From positions 1-45,783 of the IMG/VR virus record IMGVR_UViG_3300025600_000010: 45,783 nucleotides of DNA. One strand, written 5' to 3'. The stretch is from a virus. Lineage: Duplodnaviria > Caudoviricetes. Positions 18,179 through 28,017 of the stretch are shown here, piece by piece (position 1 is the first letter of the stretch; every line of letters begins with the position of its first letter). The notes beneath the pieces were generated by a model, which was not told where the DNA came from, did no database searches, and was given only the letters and a program-made list of their open reading frames with translations. The position numbers and the translations under genes are program-made.

Positions 18179-19563
18179 TAGTAAGCCCTCGCGGGGTTCA
18201 TTAGGTAGTTTGAAAGAGCGCCAGCAGTTGCCCTTCCTGTTTCAACAGGGTGTTTTGAACCGTCAATACGCATGTCAATCTGATTGTAATTTGTTGTTGT
18301 GCTTTGATGATTGTTTGTGTTCGGTATTACAACCGATTGTTGAGGCTGATATAAAGGCTGATTGCCGCCGTTTAAACTGTTCCAGGGATTAACGCCGCCG
18401 ATACCTTGATTTTTTTCCGGCGAAGTTGGGTTGAATCCTTTGCCATCGTAACCGATGCCGGTAAACTGCAAAAACTTATCGAACAGCCAACCGCCCGACT
18501 TAAATATTTTTCCAACAGCTTCGCCCATGTCTGCAAGGAAAGACATTATTTTTGCGCCATCTGTCTTTATACCAGCCCACATTTTACCGAAAATATCAAA
18601 ATCGTAAGAAAACGAACCTTTCAGCATTTCGCCCCAACCTTTGAGCCATGCTGTTATGTGGGGGTAATGACTTTTGAGTGATTCAAACCAATTGATTTCA
18701 GCTTTTCCAACGTTGTCAATTGAATCTTTTAGTTCTTCCCACCAACCTTTGGCTTGTCTTGGCGAATCGCTAATCTTTTGCGCAGCAAGTTCAATTTGCG
18801 TTGCGTGCAATTCGTGATTCCTTTTAATCCATTCGTTTGTCCAATCAATAACGTCTTTGATATACGGTGTAAGCTTACCTGAAACTTGCATTGCGTGACC
18901 AGCAACAGACGTTTTCAAATCATAAAACGATTGCCAAAGTTCAGCATTTTGCTTAACCTGTTTGTCATTGCCAACACCGCCGCCTAAATCTTGATAAGCC
19001 TTTTTGAGCTTCTGCAAGCCTTCTGCGCCTTCCATCAGCAAGCGTGTGTTATCGTCATTTAAACCGGCTGCGTTGCCCAGGCGAAAGGCTTGCAACTTGC
19101 CTTCCGGCCCTTGCTTCGCCAAGGCGCTATATTTGGCGCTGAGAAGGCTCAAAGCTTGGTCTAAGGTCTTTACCTGTCCCTGAAGGTATTCGGGCAACTG
19201 AAGGGCAAGACCTTGATTGAATTGCCCAGGAACAACCGAATGCAAGCCGCGCTGAAAGGATTGCAGGTTAGAAAGTGCCCCTTTCGCGTCACCCCCCATT
19301 CTTCCCGCTGCATAACCCCAGGCTTGCAAGCTTTCCGCTGAAACGTTCGTATCTTCAGAAAGGCGTTGCAATTGCATTGAGTTTTCAAGAACGCCGCTGA
19401 ACCAACCTTGAAAGGCCGTCTTTCCCGCAATGACAGCAACAGACAAAGCCGCAACCTTTTTAGCCATGTCAACAACTTCTGACTTTGCGGCTTTAAGGGT
19501 TGCGGCCCCTCTTTCGTCTAGCTTGTAACCAATTAAGGTTACTAATTCATCAACTACCGCCAT
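18178..19563 (-). CDS. Tape measure protein (short, 461 aa)
   Basis: VVDELV..IGY start, LQAWGYAA, periodic W/F residues; follows the chaperone gene. Confidence 0.8.
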   Translation of the reverse strand: MAVVDELVTLIGYKLDERGAATLKAAKSEVVDMAKKVAALSVAVIAGKTAFQGWFSGVLENSMQLQRLSEDTNVSAESLQAWGYAAGRMGGDAKGALSNLQSFQRGLHSVVPGQFNQGLALQLPEYLQGQVKTLDQALSLLSAKYSALAKQGPEGKLQAFRLGNAAGLNDDNTRLLMEGAEGLQKLKKAYQDLGGGVGNDKQVKQNAELWQSFYDLKTSVAGHAMQVSGKLTPYIKDVIDWTNEWIKRNHELHATQIELAAQKISDSPRQAKGWWEELKDSIDNVGKAEINWFESLKSHYPHITAWLKGWGEMLKGSFSYDFDIFGKMWAGIKTDGAKIMSFLADMGEAVGKIFKSGGWLFDKFLQFTGIGYDGKGFNPTSPEKNQGIGGVNPWNSLNGGNQPLYQPQQSVVIPNTNNHQSTTTNYNQIDMRIDGSKHPVETGRATAGALSNYLMNPARAY

Positions 19564-19789
19564 TTTGCGCCCTTTTGTTAGCTTCTGATTTTAAGAAGTC
19601 TTGCCAATCAAGGAAGCTGTGCATTTCAAAGTATTGTTCAGGCGTTATTGTTTCAAGTTCAAAGTAAGAACACATTGCGGGACAAATACGCGAAAGTTGC
19701 GCGGTTACTTCCCAACCTTCAGGAACGGTTACGCTTTCGCCTTGGATAGAAAGGTGCTTACTTTGGTAGCAAGCACTTGCGGCAAAAAA
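19550..19789 (-). CDS. -1 frameshift extension of the tail chaperone (GT)
   Basis: -1 frame open from the slippery heptamer (19783-19789) to TGA 19550-19552, overlapping the tape measure start. Confidence 0.75.
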   Translation of the reverse strand, partial: FFAASACYQSKHLSIQGESVTVPEGWEVTAQLSRICPAMCSYFELETITPEQYFEMHSFLDWQDFLKSEANKRAQNGGS

Positions 19790-20124
19790 CGGTTCACCAA
19801 TTCCCAGGTTGCGAAACCGGCAAGCGGGAACAGGTCTTCAGGGTGTTCCATGAACCATTTTTCAAAAATGTTTGCATCCCGCAAGTATGTATTTTCCGGC
19901 GTAATGCATTGCCCCAAAGAGCGCCGCATTATTGCGGAAAGTTTCGCGGATTGAACGCCCGAAAACAAGTTCCTGAAAACTTCTTCTTTTGAAACGCCGT
20001 CATTGAAAGCATCAAGAATACCGCCAACAGACGGCCCTATTGCTTCAATGACTTCAGGAACAAACAGCAAAGTTGCTGTTATCGAAAGGCGTTCAACGCT
20101 GTATTCGTTTCCGTTTACTTTCAT
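19729..20124 (-). CDS. Tail assembly chaperone (G)
   Basis: Between tube and tape measure genes; slippery T TTT TTG near the 3' end. Confidence 0.8.
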   Translation of the reverse strand: MKVNGNEYSVERLSITATLLFVPEVIEAIGPSVGGILDAFNDGVSKEEVFRNLFSGVQSAKLSAIMRRSLGQCITPENTYLRDANIFEKWFMEHPEDLFPLAGFATWELVNRFLPQVLATKVSTFLSKAKA

Positions 20125-20127
20125 GGT

Positions 20128-20535
20128 TTACGGCCCTTTTGCGTAACGGGTTGACATAAAGGTGTATTCGATTGCGCCCATTTTCTTGTCACCAGTTGAC
20201 AACGCCCCCGGTGCGGAAACGTAAGCGTTTATCAGCGTGTGCAAAACAAGCGTTCCCGACATGATGACCAGCACACCCCCCGGTGCGCCGTATTGCTGCG
20301 CAAGGTTGAAACCCAAAAGGGCTTCATGTATCGGGGAAGTTTCTTTCAGGCGCACTTTGACGGTTGCGCCCTGCGAATGGCCGATACTGATTGACGCGCC
20401 GTCTGTTCCTTCCGTCTTTTCAACACCGCCGCCGTCAACCTGAATGTCAACGCTTGCACCCTCGCCCATGTCAATGAGCGGCACGCCGTCATAAACAACG
20501 GTTACAAGACTTTGTGAATAGCTTAAAAAATTCAT
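20128..20535 (-). CDS. Tail tube protein (DUF3277-like)
   Basis: Follows the sheath; GTDG, VRLKETSP motifs. Confidence 0.75.
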   Translation of the reverse strand: MNFLSYSQSLVTVVYDGVPLIDMGEGASVDIQVDGGGVEKTEGTDGASISIGHSQGATVKVRLKETSPIHEALLGFNLAQQYGAPGGVLVIMSGTLVLHTLINAYVSAPGALSTGDKKMGAIEYTFMSTRYAKGP

Positions 20536-20558
20536 TCAGCAATTCCCCTTTTTATGTT

Positions 20559-21677
20559 TTATTGAATTGCGCTAACGTTGACGGAAACGGTGTGCATTGC
20601 GCCGGATTCGTAACCTGTGATTTTGATCGGGGGGCAAGTTCTTGCGGCCCTTGCGCTTGCGCTTGCGCCGCCAACCGGGGAAGGCGCAATTTGATACGCG
20701 GAAAGCGTTGTGTATCCGTTTCCGCTGGCTTTCGGAACGTCACGCGGGGCAAAGGTTCCGTTGTTGGTGTACTGCTCGCAAACGTTCGTTGCGGCCCCTG
20801 CAAGCATCATTTGTCCCGGCGTGGTGTACGGAACTTTTGCATTTTGCAGGAAAATGTTGAAGACGGCGGTTTGCATGTCGTTTGTGAAGTTGTCAAGGTT
20901 CAGCACCGTGTCAAGAAACCATCCCGGCGCTGAAGTAACACCATCACGAAAGGTGCGGTTGCCATTGCCCACAAGTGTAAAGGCATTGCAGCGCCGCGCT
21001 TCCAGGCTTGCAAGCTGAGTTGCTGTCAGAACGCTTGTCGGAATGCCGGGAAGGTCTTTAAACTTCGCGGTAACGGTTGAATTTGCAAGCGTGTAATCAA
21101 CCGAAAGCATCAACGAAAGGATTGAAGCATCGGGGTAATACTGCGCGTTGTCGTGAAAGATGACAGCTGTGCGCTGATTGCCGGTGTTCATGCAATGATA
21201 CGCAATGTTTGTTTCGTCAACGGAACTGTAAGCAAGAATGTCATTTGTGACCAGCGCAGCAACACCGAAAGGCTGTGCAACAATCCAGTCTGCAAAATCG
21301 GTTTGGTCTGCGGTGTCGCGGAAGGAAGCGTCAAGAATCCATCCGTAAATCGGTTTTGCATTCGCAACGCTTGCCGCCTGAATCAAGGCAACTTCTGCAA
21401 TGAAATCGTTTGCCGCGTCAACTTCGCCAACGCAAACGCCGTTCGGTCTGTTTGCCTGTGCAAAGAAAGCTTTCAGCGCGTAATCGGTTGAACTTCCGGC
21501 AACAACCGGCCCTGTCGGTGCAATTGCGCTTGCATATGTGCTGTAATACGCAACGCGTTCAACAACCGGTGTTGGCCCAGGAATGACGATGCACGCAAGC
21601 GTCATGTCATAAGCAATTGCGGCTTGTGCCTGTGAAACACTAACCTGAACGTCAATTGAAATTGGCAAACTTTGCAT
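20559..21677 (-). CDS. Contractile tail sheath protein (DUF3383-like)
   Basis: TVTAKFKDLPGI, KVPYT..G, GAMH.V motifs. Confidence 0.88.
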   Translation of the reverse strand: MQSLPISIDVQVSVSQAQAAIAYDMTLACIVIPGPTPVVERVAYYSTYASAIAPTGPVVAGSSTDYALKAFFAQANRPNGVCVGEVDAANDFIAEVALIQAASVANAKPIYGWILDASFRDTADQTDFADWIVAQPFGVAALVTNDILAYSSVDETNIAYHCMNTGNQRTAVIFHDNAQYYPDASILSLMLSVDYTLANSTVTAKFKDLPGIPTSVLTATQLASLEARRCNAFTLVGNGNRTFRDGVTSAPGWFLDTVLNLDNFTNDMQTAVFNIFLQNAKVPYTTPGQMMLAGAATNVCEQYTNNGTFAPRDVPKASGNGYTTLSAYQIAPSPVGGASASARAARTCPPIKITGYESGAMHTVSVNVSAIQ

Positions 21678-21692
21678 CAGTAAAAGCCCCCT

Positions 21693-22364
21693 TTAAAGTA
21701 CAACGTGAAAAGTCTTATCGTAAATGTTCGGTGCAACAACTTGAATGTCACCGTTTGTTATAAAGTCTGCGTTGTCTTGAAACGAAAGATTTGCATAAAA
21801 GTAAAGATTGACTAAAGCTTTTTGGCGAAACATACCGCCCCATTCTTCACTTATGTTTTGCGGCCCATCTGCGCCACAATAACCAATCAATTGACCCAAA
21901 TCGAATTGACGGTTTGAATGTAACATTGAAGCAATTAACTTTCTTCCTGTTATCATTGAGCCGTTACCGATTAATTGAACTTCCAATTTGCAGTAACTTT
22001 GCCCCCTGACAGTTTCAACACTTCCATTGTCGGTGTATTCGTGCTGTGTTGTATCGTGTGCTGATGAATCTATATCAACAAATCGCAAACTAATGTAATT
22101 ACCTTGCGGTGTCGGGCCGTCTTGATCGCCCTGAATTGTGGGTAAGCCTGTTACAGCCTGAAGAACGTCACAAAAAGCGTCTTGAATGTCAATCTGTGTT
22201 ATGATTGAGCCGTCTAAAACAACACTTGTGTCAGCAACATTTACACTTGAGGTTTGTAAAATTAAACCCCAAATGTCTTTGCCGTGATCGTCAACACCAA
22301 CAATTCCGGTTGTAACATCACAGCGTTTACCTGAACCGTTTATGTCAGTTGTTGTTATTGCCAT
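21693..22364 (-). CDS. Tail completion / neck protein with extra N-terminal module
   Basis: Directly upstream of the sheath; Q.DQDGPTPQG.YI motif. Confidence 0.7.
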   Translation of the reverse strand: MAITTTDINGSGKRCDVTTGIVGVDDHGKDIWGLILQTSSVNVADTSVVLDGSIITQIDIQDAFCDVLQAVTGLPTIQGDQDGPTPQGNYISLRFVDIDSSAHDTTQHEYTDNGSVETVRGQSYCKLEVQLIGNGSMITGRKLIASMLHSNRQFDLGQLIGYCGADGPQNISEEWGGMFRQKALVNLYFYANLSFQDNADFITNGDIQVVAPNIYDKTFHVVL

Positions 22365-22740
22365 AGTCTGTGTATTCCAAAGCTATATAGGTATAATGAT
22401 CGCTGTTGGGTGTTGCAAACCCTGTTCCTGTAACCTTGAAAGAATAGTTGTTCCATTCAATAAAAGATTGTCTTTGTTCAACGCCTTCATGATTAACATC
22501 GGAAATATAAAGAACTTCCAATGTGTGTATTGCAACACCGCCTTTTGACGCATTGCCGACACTATAAAACTGAAGTTGTTCAGGGTCAAGCGTTAATATG
22601 ATCGCATCAATATTTCTTGGTTCTGAAACCGTCTTTGTCCATCTTCCATGAACATACAAGCCGGTTTCAATCCAAGTTTTTACTTTGACAGGGGAACGAA
22701 AAGCGCGAACAACTTTTTTAAACTTCATAGGCATTCGCAT
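22345..22740 (-). CDS. Head closure / head-tail joining protein
   Basis: Gene order; G.YVHGRW motif. Confidence 0.65.
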   Translation of the reverse strand: MRMPMKFKKVVRAFRSPVKVKTWIETGLYVHGRWTKTVSEPRNIDAIILTLDPEQLQFYSVGNASKGGVAIHTLEVLYISDVNHEGVEQRQSFIEWNNYSFKVTGTGFATPNSDHYTYIALEYTDYGNNNN

Positions 22741-22741
22741 T

Positions 22742-23242
22742 TTATTTATCCCTTAGAACATAAGTTACTGCTTGTCGCATGTCACCTGAATCAATCAACG
22801 GTTGTTCACTTTTCTTTGCTGCTATAGTCGAATCAGCGTTTTTAGCAAAACCGCCGTCTGTTATCGTAGTTTGAATTATTCCCTGTGCTTGGATTGCCAA
22901 TATTTCAAGCTCTTTTTTGCCATCTGTTTTACCGGCGTTTATTCTGGCAATCACAGCTTGAATGATTGGTGCGCTTACTTCCTGAATCTGCTTTGTTGCC
23001 ATCTTCATAAACGGTCTGCTTGGAATGTGGTTTGAATCGCCCCGCGTTGTGCCGAAATTGTTCCAAATTGCTACTTGAAGAATTGAAGCGCCGTTTTCAT
23101 AATGTGGGTTGCCTAAACCGTCTTTGCCTCTCGGAAAGCCAATTGCAGCTTCTTGCTTTTCTGCTTTTCTGATTCGTTCCAATAATTCAGCTTGCCAATT
23201 ACTATTTTTTTGTTGAAGCTTCGCACCTGTGTTCATGAACAA
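22742..23242 (-). CDS. Neck / virion morphogenesis protein
   Basis: NNFGT..IPSRPFM, NADSTI..K.S..PLIDSGDMRQAVTY. Confidence 0.8.
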   Translation of the reverse strand: MFMNTGAKLQQKNSNWQAELLERIRKAEKQEAAIGFPRGKDGLGNPHYENGASILQVAIWNNFGTTRGDSNHIPSRPFMKMATKQIQEVSAPIIQAVIARINAGKTDGKKELEILAIQAQGIIQTTITDGGFAKNADSTIAAKKSEQPLIDSGDMRQAVTYVLRDK

Positions 23243-23634
23243 AGCATTGCAGGGGGCAATGCTTGACGCAATAGTGAAAGAAATTCTAAACCGTATTGTG
23301 TTCTTGAAAAGTCTGCGTTTATTGCGTTATCGCTTGAAACTAACGCTGAAACAGAAGTTGAAGAAGCAAGCCCGTTTGTGCTTGCGCTTTGCGAAGTTGT
23401 TACACCCTGGTTTTCCTGTTCATTTAAACCGTTCGTGTCAAGTCCTGAACCAATATCAAAGCGAAGATACAAATAATGGGCACTCCAAAGAAAACATAAA
23501 TCATCGTACCACATTCCCAACCGGCCAGGATTCAAGGCAATTGCTGATTGTGCTAAACGTCTGTCAACAGCAGTTGGCGCAACGTTTGCAAATTCGGGAA
23601 ATTCAGCTAGGAATGTGATACGATCAACTGTCAT
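23233..23634 (-). CDS. Head-tail adaptor (DUF4054-like)
   Basis: F.AEFPEF, AHYL, TQYGLEFL motifs. Confidence 0.85.
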   Translation of the reverse strand: MTVDRITFLAEFPEFANVAPTAVDRRLAQSAIALNPGRLGMWYDDLCFLWSAHYLYLRFDIGSGLDTNGLNEQENQGVTTSQSASTNGLASSTSVSALVSSDNAINADFSRTQYGLEFLSLLRQALPPAMLCS

Positions 23635-23653
23635 TGTTCAGGTTCCTTTTGCT

Positions 23654-24088
23654 TTACTTGATTGCGCCAGCTTCAGCAACACGGCTTTCAAGGGTTGCTT
23701 GAATGTTGCCAGCGGTTGCGGCTTCAACAGAAAGCGTTTTCGGCGGCGTAAGATCGCTGTAAGATGAAAAGTCAACTTCCGTTGCTTCGCGTGTCTTCAG
23801 CAAACCGTTATCAACATAAGCCTGTCCAACCAGCGATTTCAGCCAGGGTGCGGCAACTTCGCGGGGAACGGGTTCAGACTTCATCGGCCCGATTGCAATC
23901 ACGCCGTTTGCATGGTGAATGTGGATTTCAGAAGAAGTGCCGTTGAAGAAAATGAGCGGCGCAGCACCGGCAAAGTTTGCGCCAATTGCTGCGGTGTCTG
24001 CGGCGGCTTCAGCACCGGGAAGCGGCGCACCGGCTTCCAGATTCCAGGCGGCTTGTTTGGCTGTATCTTTTGTTTCTTTTTCGGCCAT
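23654..24088 (-). CDS. Hypothetical virion-associated protein
   Basis: AAGGAAGG SD; between the capsid and adaptor genes. Confidence 0.7.
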   Translation of the reverse strand: MAEKETKDTAKQAAWNLEAGAPLPGAEAAADTAAIGANFAGAAPLIFFNGTSSEIHIHHANGVIAIGPMKSEPVPREVAAPWLKSLVGQAYVDNGLLKTREATEVDFSSYSDLTPPKTLSVEAATAGNIQATLESRVAEAGAIK

Positions 24089-24167
24089 GATAGCACCTTC
24101 CTTATGATGAAATGCGCAGGGTGCGGTAACACCCTGCGTTTAAGGTTAAAGAGCCAGGAAGCGGCGG

Positions 24168-25157
24168 TTAAATGCCGTCAAGGTAATACATGGATTGCGG
24201 GCGGCGCACATGGTACGAACCGGTTTTGTTTTCCGCAACGAACAGCGCCGATGCTGCGCCAGGAACAGGCTGAAGCGGGGTGTACGGAATAGGGAAGGGC
24301 ATTCCCTGGTTTTGGCGGTTCCTGTCGGAAAGCACCATGCGGTCGGTTGCGCCAACCCCAACGCCGGTAAGGTAACGCAGCGGCATGATTTCCAGGGGTT
24401 TCCCGGTAAGCTGCGTGTAAAGGTTGTTTTCCTTCAGGAACTGCATTGCGGTAACGTTCAGTTGCACGCCGCCCAGAACCATAGGGGTGTTGGCAAGCAA
24501 GCTGAATTGGCCGAAAGGAAGGAACACCGAGCCGAGTTTGAAAAGCCCCCTTGTTGCGTTCCATTGCGCCGTGATTGCGTTGTTGACATCAGCAACCATC
24601 AGTGAAGGGTTGCCGGTTTTGGAAGCCCAGGTTGTTGCGCCAGCGGTTCCGGTTGCGGCGGCGGTTCCCTTGGTAATGTTGGGGTAATCCAGCCAGGGAA
24701 GGAAGCCCACAGAAGTATCACCGAAAAAGAACGAACTTTCGGTAAGGTTTTCCGAGCCTTTCATCATTGCTTCCGTAAGGTCGCTTGAAAGGGTTGCGTT
24801 GAAGCCGAAAGCGTATTGCCTTGCGTCTTCATTCGTGATCTTCGCGCCAATCATCGACACGGCAAGCGGCACAGTTACAGCTCCAGCGGATTGACCAACA
24901 AGCGGCACGTTGTCACCGGCAATGTTGGCGGTGTACGCTGCGCGGCCCTGCATGTCGCGGGACATGTAACCGTAGCTGATTGCACCGGGGGAAACTTCGC
25001 CGATTACCTGTTCTGCAAGCAGAACATTGCGCCAATCGTAATCGGGGTAAAGTACGTCAAAAAATTCAGCCGCGACAGAAGTAAAAATGCTGAAAGCGAT
25101 TTCGCTTGCTTGCACGTTTGCTTGACCGCCAAAAGAAGGACCGTTGCCAAACCTCAT
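24168..25157 (-). CDS. Major capsid protein (DUF2184 / encapsulin-like HK97 fold)
   Basis: AAGGAG SD; FFGD...G, C-terminal VRRPQSMYYLDGI; GC-rich codons. Confidence 0.88.
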   Translation of the reverse strand: MRFGNGPSFGGQANVQASEIAFSIFTSVAAEFFDVLYPDYDWRNVLLAEQVIGEVSPGAISYGYMSRDMQGRAAYTANIAGDNVPLVGQSAGAVTVPLAVSMIGAKITNEDARQYAFGFNATLSSDLTEAMMKGSENLTESSFFFGDTSVGFLPWLDYPNITKGTAAATGTAGATTWASKTGNPSLMVADVNNAITAQWNATRGLFKLGSVFLPFGQFSLLANTPMVLGGVQLNVTAMQFLKENNLYTQLTGKPLEIMPLRYLTGVGVGATDRMVLSDRNRQNQGMPFPIPYTPLQPVPGAASALFVAENKTGSYHVRRPQSMYYLDGI

Positions 25158-25203
25158 TTTACAAATCTCCTTTTGCGCTAGTTACGCGCACATTTCGTTT
25201 TGG

Positions 25204-25773
25204 TTACGCGCCCATTTCCAGAAGCACAGGTTGACCGGCAACGCCGACAGAAGCGAACTTTACGCCGGTAAGCAGCGCCGTATCAATCCCGGCTGCGCCC
25301 TTTGCGGCTGCGCAAAAGCTGCCAATCGGGAAACCGTGACCGGCTGTATCCTGAACAACCCAGTAAGCCGCGTTACCTGCAACGGCCGCTTCATTGCAGT
25401 TGACCCAAATGCGGCCCCCGAAGCGAACGCGGCGCATAATGCTTGCCTGTGCGCCTTTGGGAACAATCGGGTTGCCGTTGCTGTCGCTGCGGATTGCCTG
25501 AGAGCGCACGACAATGCCCTCAAAATCCGCGTCAACCTTGCCAGCAACCGGAAGGCTCACAGCCTTGTTGTTGAGGCCAGCACGCGCCGATGTGACGTAA
25601 GCAGACGTTACGCCGAGCGCAGCGCCAACGCCGAGCGTTTCAGCAACGTTGATCGAATCAACCATGTTTGCATCAGTTGCCGAAAACAGTTGACCGGGAA
25701 GCGCGGTTGCGTTCTGGTCAAAAACTGCCGTCTGAACCGAGCCATTAAGAACACCACCATAAAGACCGGACAT
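25204..25773 (-). CDS. Head decoration / cement protein
   Basis: Between the DUF2213-like gene and capsid; FEGIVVR, GRIWV motifs. Confidence 0.75.
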   Translation of the reverse strand: MSGLYGGVLNGSVQTAVFDQNATALPGQLFSATDANMVDSINVAETLGVGAALGVTSAYVTSARAGLNNKAVSLPVAGKVDADFEGIVVRSQAIRSDSNGNPIVPKGAQASIMRRVRFGGRIWVNCNEAAVAGNAAYWVVQDTAGHGFPIGSFCAAAKGAAGIDTALLTGVKFASVGVAGQPVLLEMGA

Positions 25774-25820
25774 TTTAAATTTTCTCCTTTGACCTATGTT
25801 TTATGAAACGTGTTTGTTGT

Positions 25821-26996
25821 TTACTTCATGCCCTTGAACATGGGGTGAACTTCTTTCTTGCCGCCGTTAGCCCGATTGCGGAATGTTTCAGCGCCGGGAA
25901 CGTAACCGGTTTTAAGCTTTACCGCTTCCGCTTCAGCTTCCAGCACTTTCTTAGAATTGGCGGCGGTGAACTTGAACAGCGTTGTTACGGCGGTATCGTC
26001 CATCTTACTGACGTCAATTCCGCGCTTGTTGCCGATGTGTTCCATAAGAACGCGGATTTTGGCGGCGCTGTTGCCACATGCTTTCATGGCGTTGCCGACA
26101 GCTTCTTTGTCTTTCGGTTCAACTTCCGTATCTGCAACGTCTTCCGTTTGCTGCGCCGTTTCCAGAAGTTCCATTGCAGCGGCTTCCTGTGCTTCAGGGT
26201 CTTTCAGTTTGGCAAGTTCAGCCTGAAGCGTTGCAATGGTGTCTTCATGCCCTTTCAGTTTTTCCTGAAGGCCGGGCATTTCTTCCATTGCGTTCTTGAC
26301 CTTTTCAAGATCAAAGCCGCCGCTCTTTTCTTCAACTTCATCCTTTGCCATCTTCTTTCCTTCTTCAGCATCTTCCGCGTTGCTGAACTTATAAACGCGG
26401 TTGCCAATACGAACTTCAATCATTACTGTTTTCTCCTTATGTTTTTTGTTGATAATTCTTACTTCATAACCGCAACGTCCTTCACCAACCGGCAAAAGCA
26501 GAACATGATTGAAACGCAAGTTAGTTTGCTTTCCATCATAAGGTTGATCGTTAAACATTCCCTGTTCAACAACAAATTCCCCATCATAACCGGCTGAAAC
26601 TTCAACAAGCTCTTTGTTTTTAATCTTTTCAGCCGTTTCAAAATCGGTAATGAGCAAGTCAAGCATTATGCTGTTGTCTTCAACGCTTGCGGCCCCTGCT
26701 CCGTTTCCAACCGTGAAACCATCTTTTAGAGTGTTTTCAATATCTCTAAAGTTGTGGTCAACGATAATAACCGGCTTGCCTTCCAGGGTAAACAAAGATT
26801 CAGGCGTGAATTCAACAGCCGGAATGTAAATGTTCAGTAATTTTTTATCGGGGTGAAATGTTGATTGCAGTTCAGGCGAAAATTCAGAAAGCGCGTAAGG
26901 GAAAACGCCTTCTTTTAAAACTCTTGCCGTGACACGCAAGAAGCCGTCAACGTCAACACGCCAGTTAATGAATTGCATTCTGTTGCCGTATTTCAT
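25821..26996 (-). CDS. Prohead protease / scaffold (DUF2213-like); start uncertain
   Basis: DGFL, GVFPY, EVSAGY, NHVLLL..GRCG; charged coiled C-terminus. Confidence 0.85.
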   Translation of the reverse strand: MKYGNRMQFINWRVDVDGFLRVTARVLKEGVFPYALSEFSPELQSTFHPDKKLLNIYIPAVEFTPESLFTLEGKPVIIVDHNFRDIENTLKDGFTVGNGAGAASVEDNSIMLDLLITDFETAEKIKNKELVEVSAGYDGEFVVEQGMFNDQPYDGKQTNLRFNHVLLLPVGEGRCGYEVRIINKKHKEKTVMIEVRIGNRVYKFSNAEDAEEGKKMAKDEVEEKSGGFDLEKVKNAMEEMPGLQEKLKGHEDTIATLQAELAKLKDPEAQEAAAMELLETAQQTEDVADTEVEPKDKEAVGNAMKACGNSAAKIRVLMEHIGNKRGIDVSKMDDTAVTTLFKFTAANSKKVLEAEAEAVKLKTGYVPGAETFRNRANGGKKEVHPMFKGMK

Positions 26997-27035
26997 GAGC
27001 TTCCTTATTTGCAATACACATTAAAAATTGGTGTC

Positions 27036-27064
27036 AGAATATGCTTGATATTTAAGCAAGTCAA
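27036..27064 (-). promoter_or_regulatory. Promoter for the head operon with a palindromic spacer
   Basis: TTGACT-TGCTTAAATATCAAGCA(17)-TATTCT. Confidence 0.65.
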
Positions 27065-27079
27065 GATAATTTTAAGCAC

Positions 27080-27907
27080 TCATGAAAGAATGATTTTCAT
27101 AGGGTCAATTACCGGAATTGAAACGCAACGACAGTTGATAGCATAACCGGGGTGGCCGTCAGGCGGTGGCGTATCCCATCTAAAAGTTTTCCCGTTTCGG
27201 TCATAGTGGTTCATGTGAATTGCGTTTCCTTTAGGATACAAGCCCCCAGGATTGCCCACAACTCTATTATCTTGCCCCGCTGTGCGCCAGATATATTCAT
27301 CAATGCCGACAGCCGTTTGACGCGTCATGTTCAGCGCGGTTGTCATTTTGCTTGTTTGATCGCGTGCAATGAGCCTTGCGCGATAACGTTTCATTTCGTG
27401 TATGTCTTGAATGCAATCGGTTAACGATTTGCCTTCAGGTAACGGAAGCTGTTTAAAGTTATCAAGAACAACCTTTGAAATATCGTCAATGTATTCATGA
27501 GCAAAGCCGGTTATAAGGTTTGCCGCTTCCGTTTGTGCAATTAGCAAAGCGTCTGCAATTTCCGGCGTATCGAAAATGTAAGCCGTTTCAACACCCATTG
27601 CACGCGCAAGCATATCTTGCAAGCGTGCTTTTTCGTTTCCGTCAACTTCATTGGTTAAATCAATTGCAATTTGATTAGAAATCCGGTTCAGGTTATCGTC
27701 ATAAAATTTCAGCGTATCGCGCAACGCCTTGAAAGCTTCACGCGGCGTGTTAAAATTAGCGGAACGGTTGTCAATTTCTTTTTCCAGGCGTGCGGAAAGT
27801 TCAAGCATAATACCGGCAAACTTGCGTTCAATCTGCTTTGACGGTCTAACCGCTTTCCCTAATGTGGGCTTTTTCTTTGTGGGTTTGCCTGAAGATATAA
27901 CCGCCAT
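27080..27907 (-). CDS. Head morphogenesis protein (SPP1 gp7 / Mu F-like)
   Basis: RARLIARDQTSK, YIWRT, HPGYAINCRC. Confidence 0.92.
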   Translation of the reverse strand: MAVISSGKPTKKKPTLGKAVRPSKQIERKFAGIMLELSARLEKEIDNRSANFNTPREAFKALRDTLKFYDDNLNRISNQIAIDLTNEVDGNEKARLQDMLARAMGVETAYIFDTPEIADALLIAQTEAANLITGFAHEYIDDISKVVLDNFKQLPLPEGKSLTDCIQDIHEMKRYRARLIARDQTSKMTTALNMTRQTAVGIDEYIWRTAGQDNRVVGNPGGLYPKGNAIHMNHYDRNGKTFRWDTPPPDGHPGYAINCRCVSIPVIDPMKIILS

Positions 27908-27950
27908 TTTTCACCCTTGAAATTTATTTTGAATTTATGAAAATAATTCG

Positions 27951-27979
27951 TTGACAGCTTAAAGGTTATAGTTTATTCT
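27951..27979 (+). promoter_or_regulatory. Sigma70-type promoter of the inserted cassette
   Basis: TTGACA-17-TATTCT followed by TGTTTCAA. Confidence 0.75.
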
Positions 27980-28017
27980 TGTTTCAAGGTTAACGAAACG
28001 CAAAAACGGAGTCACTA

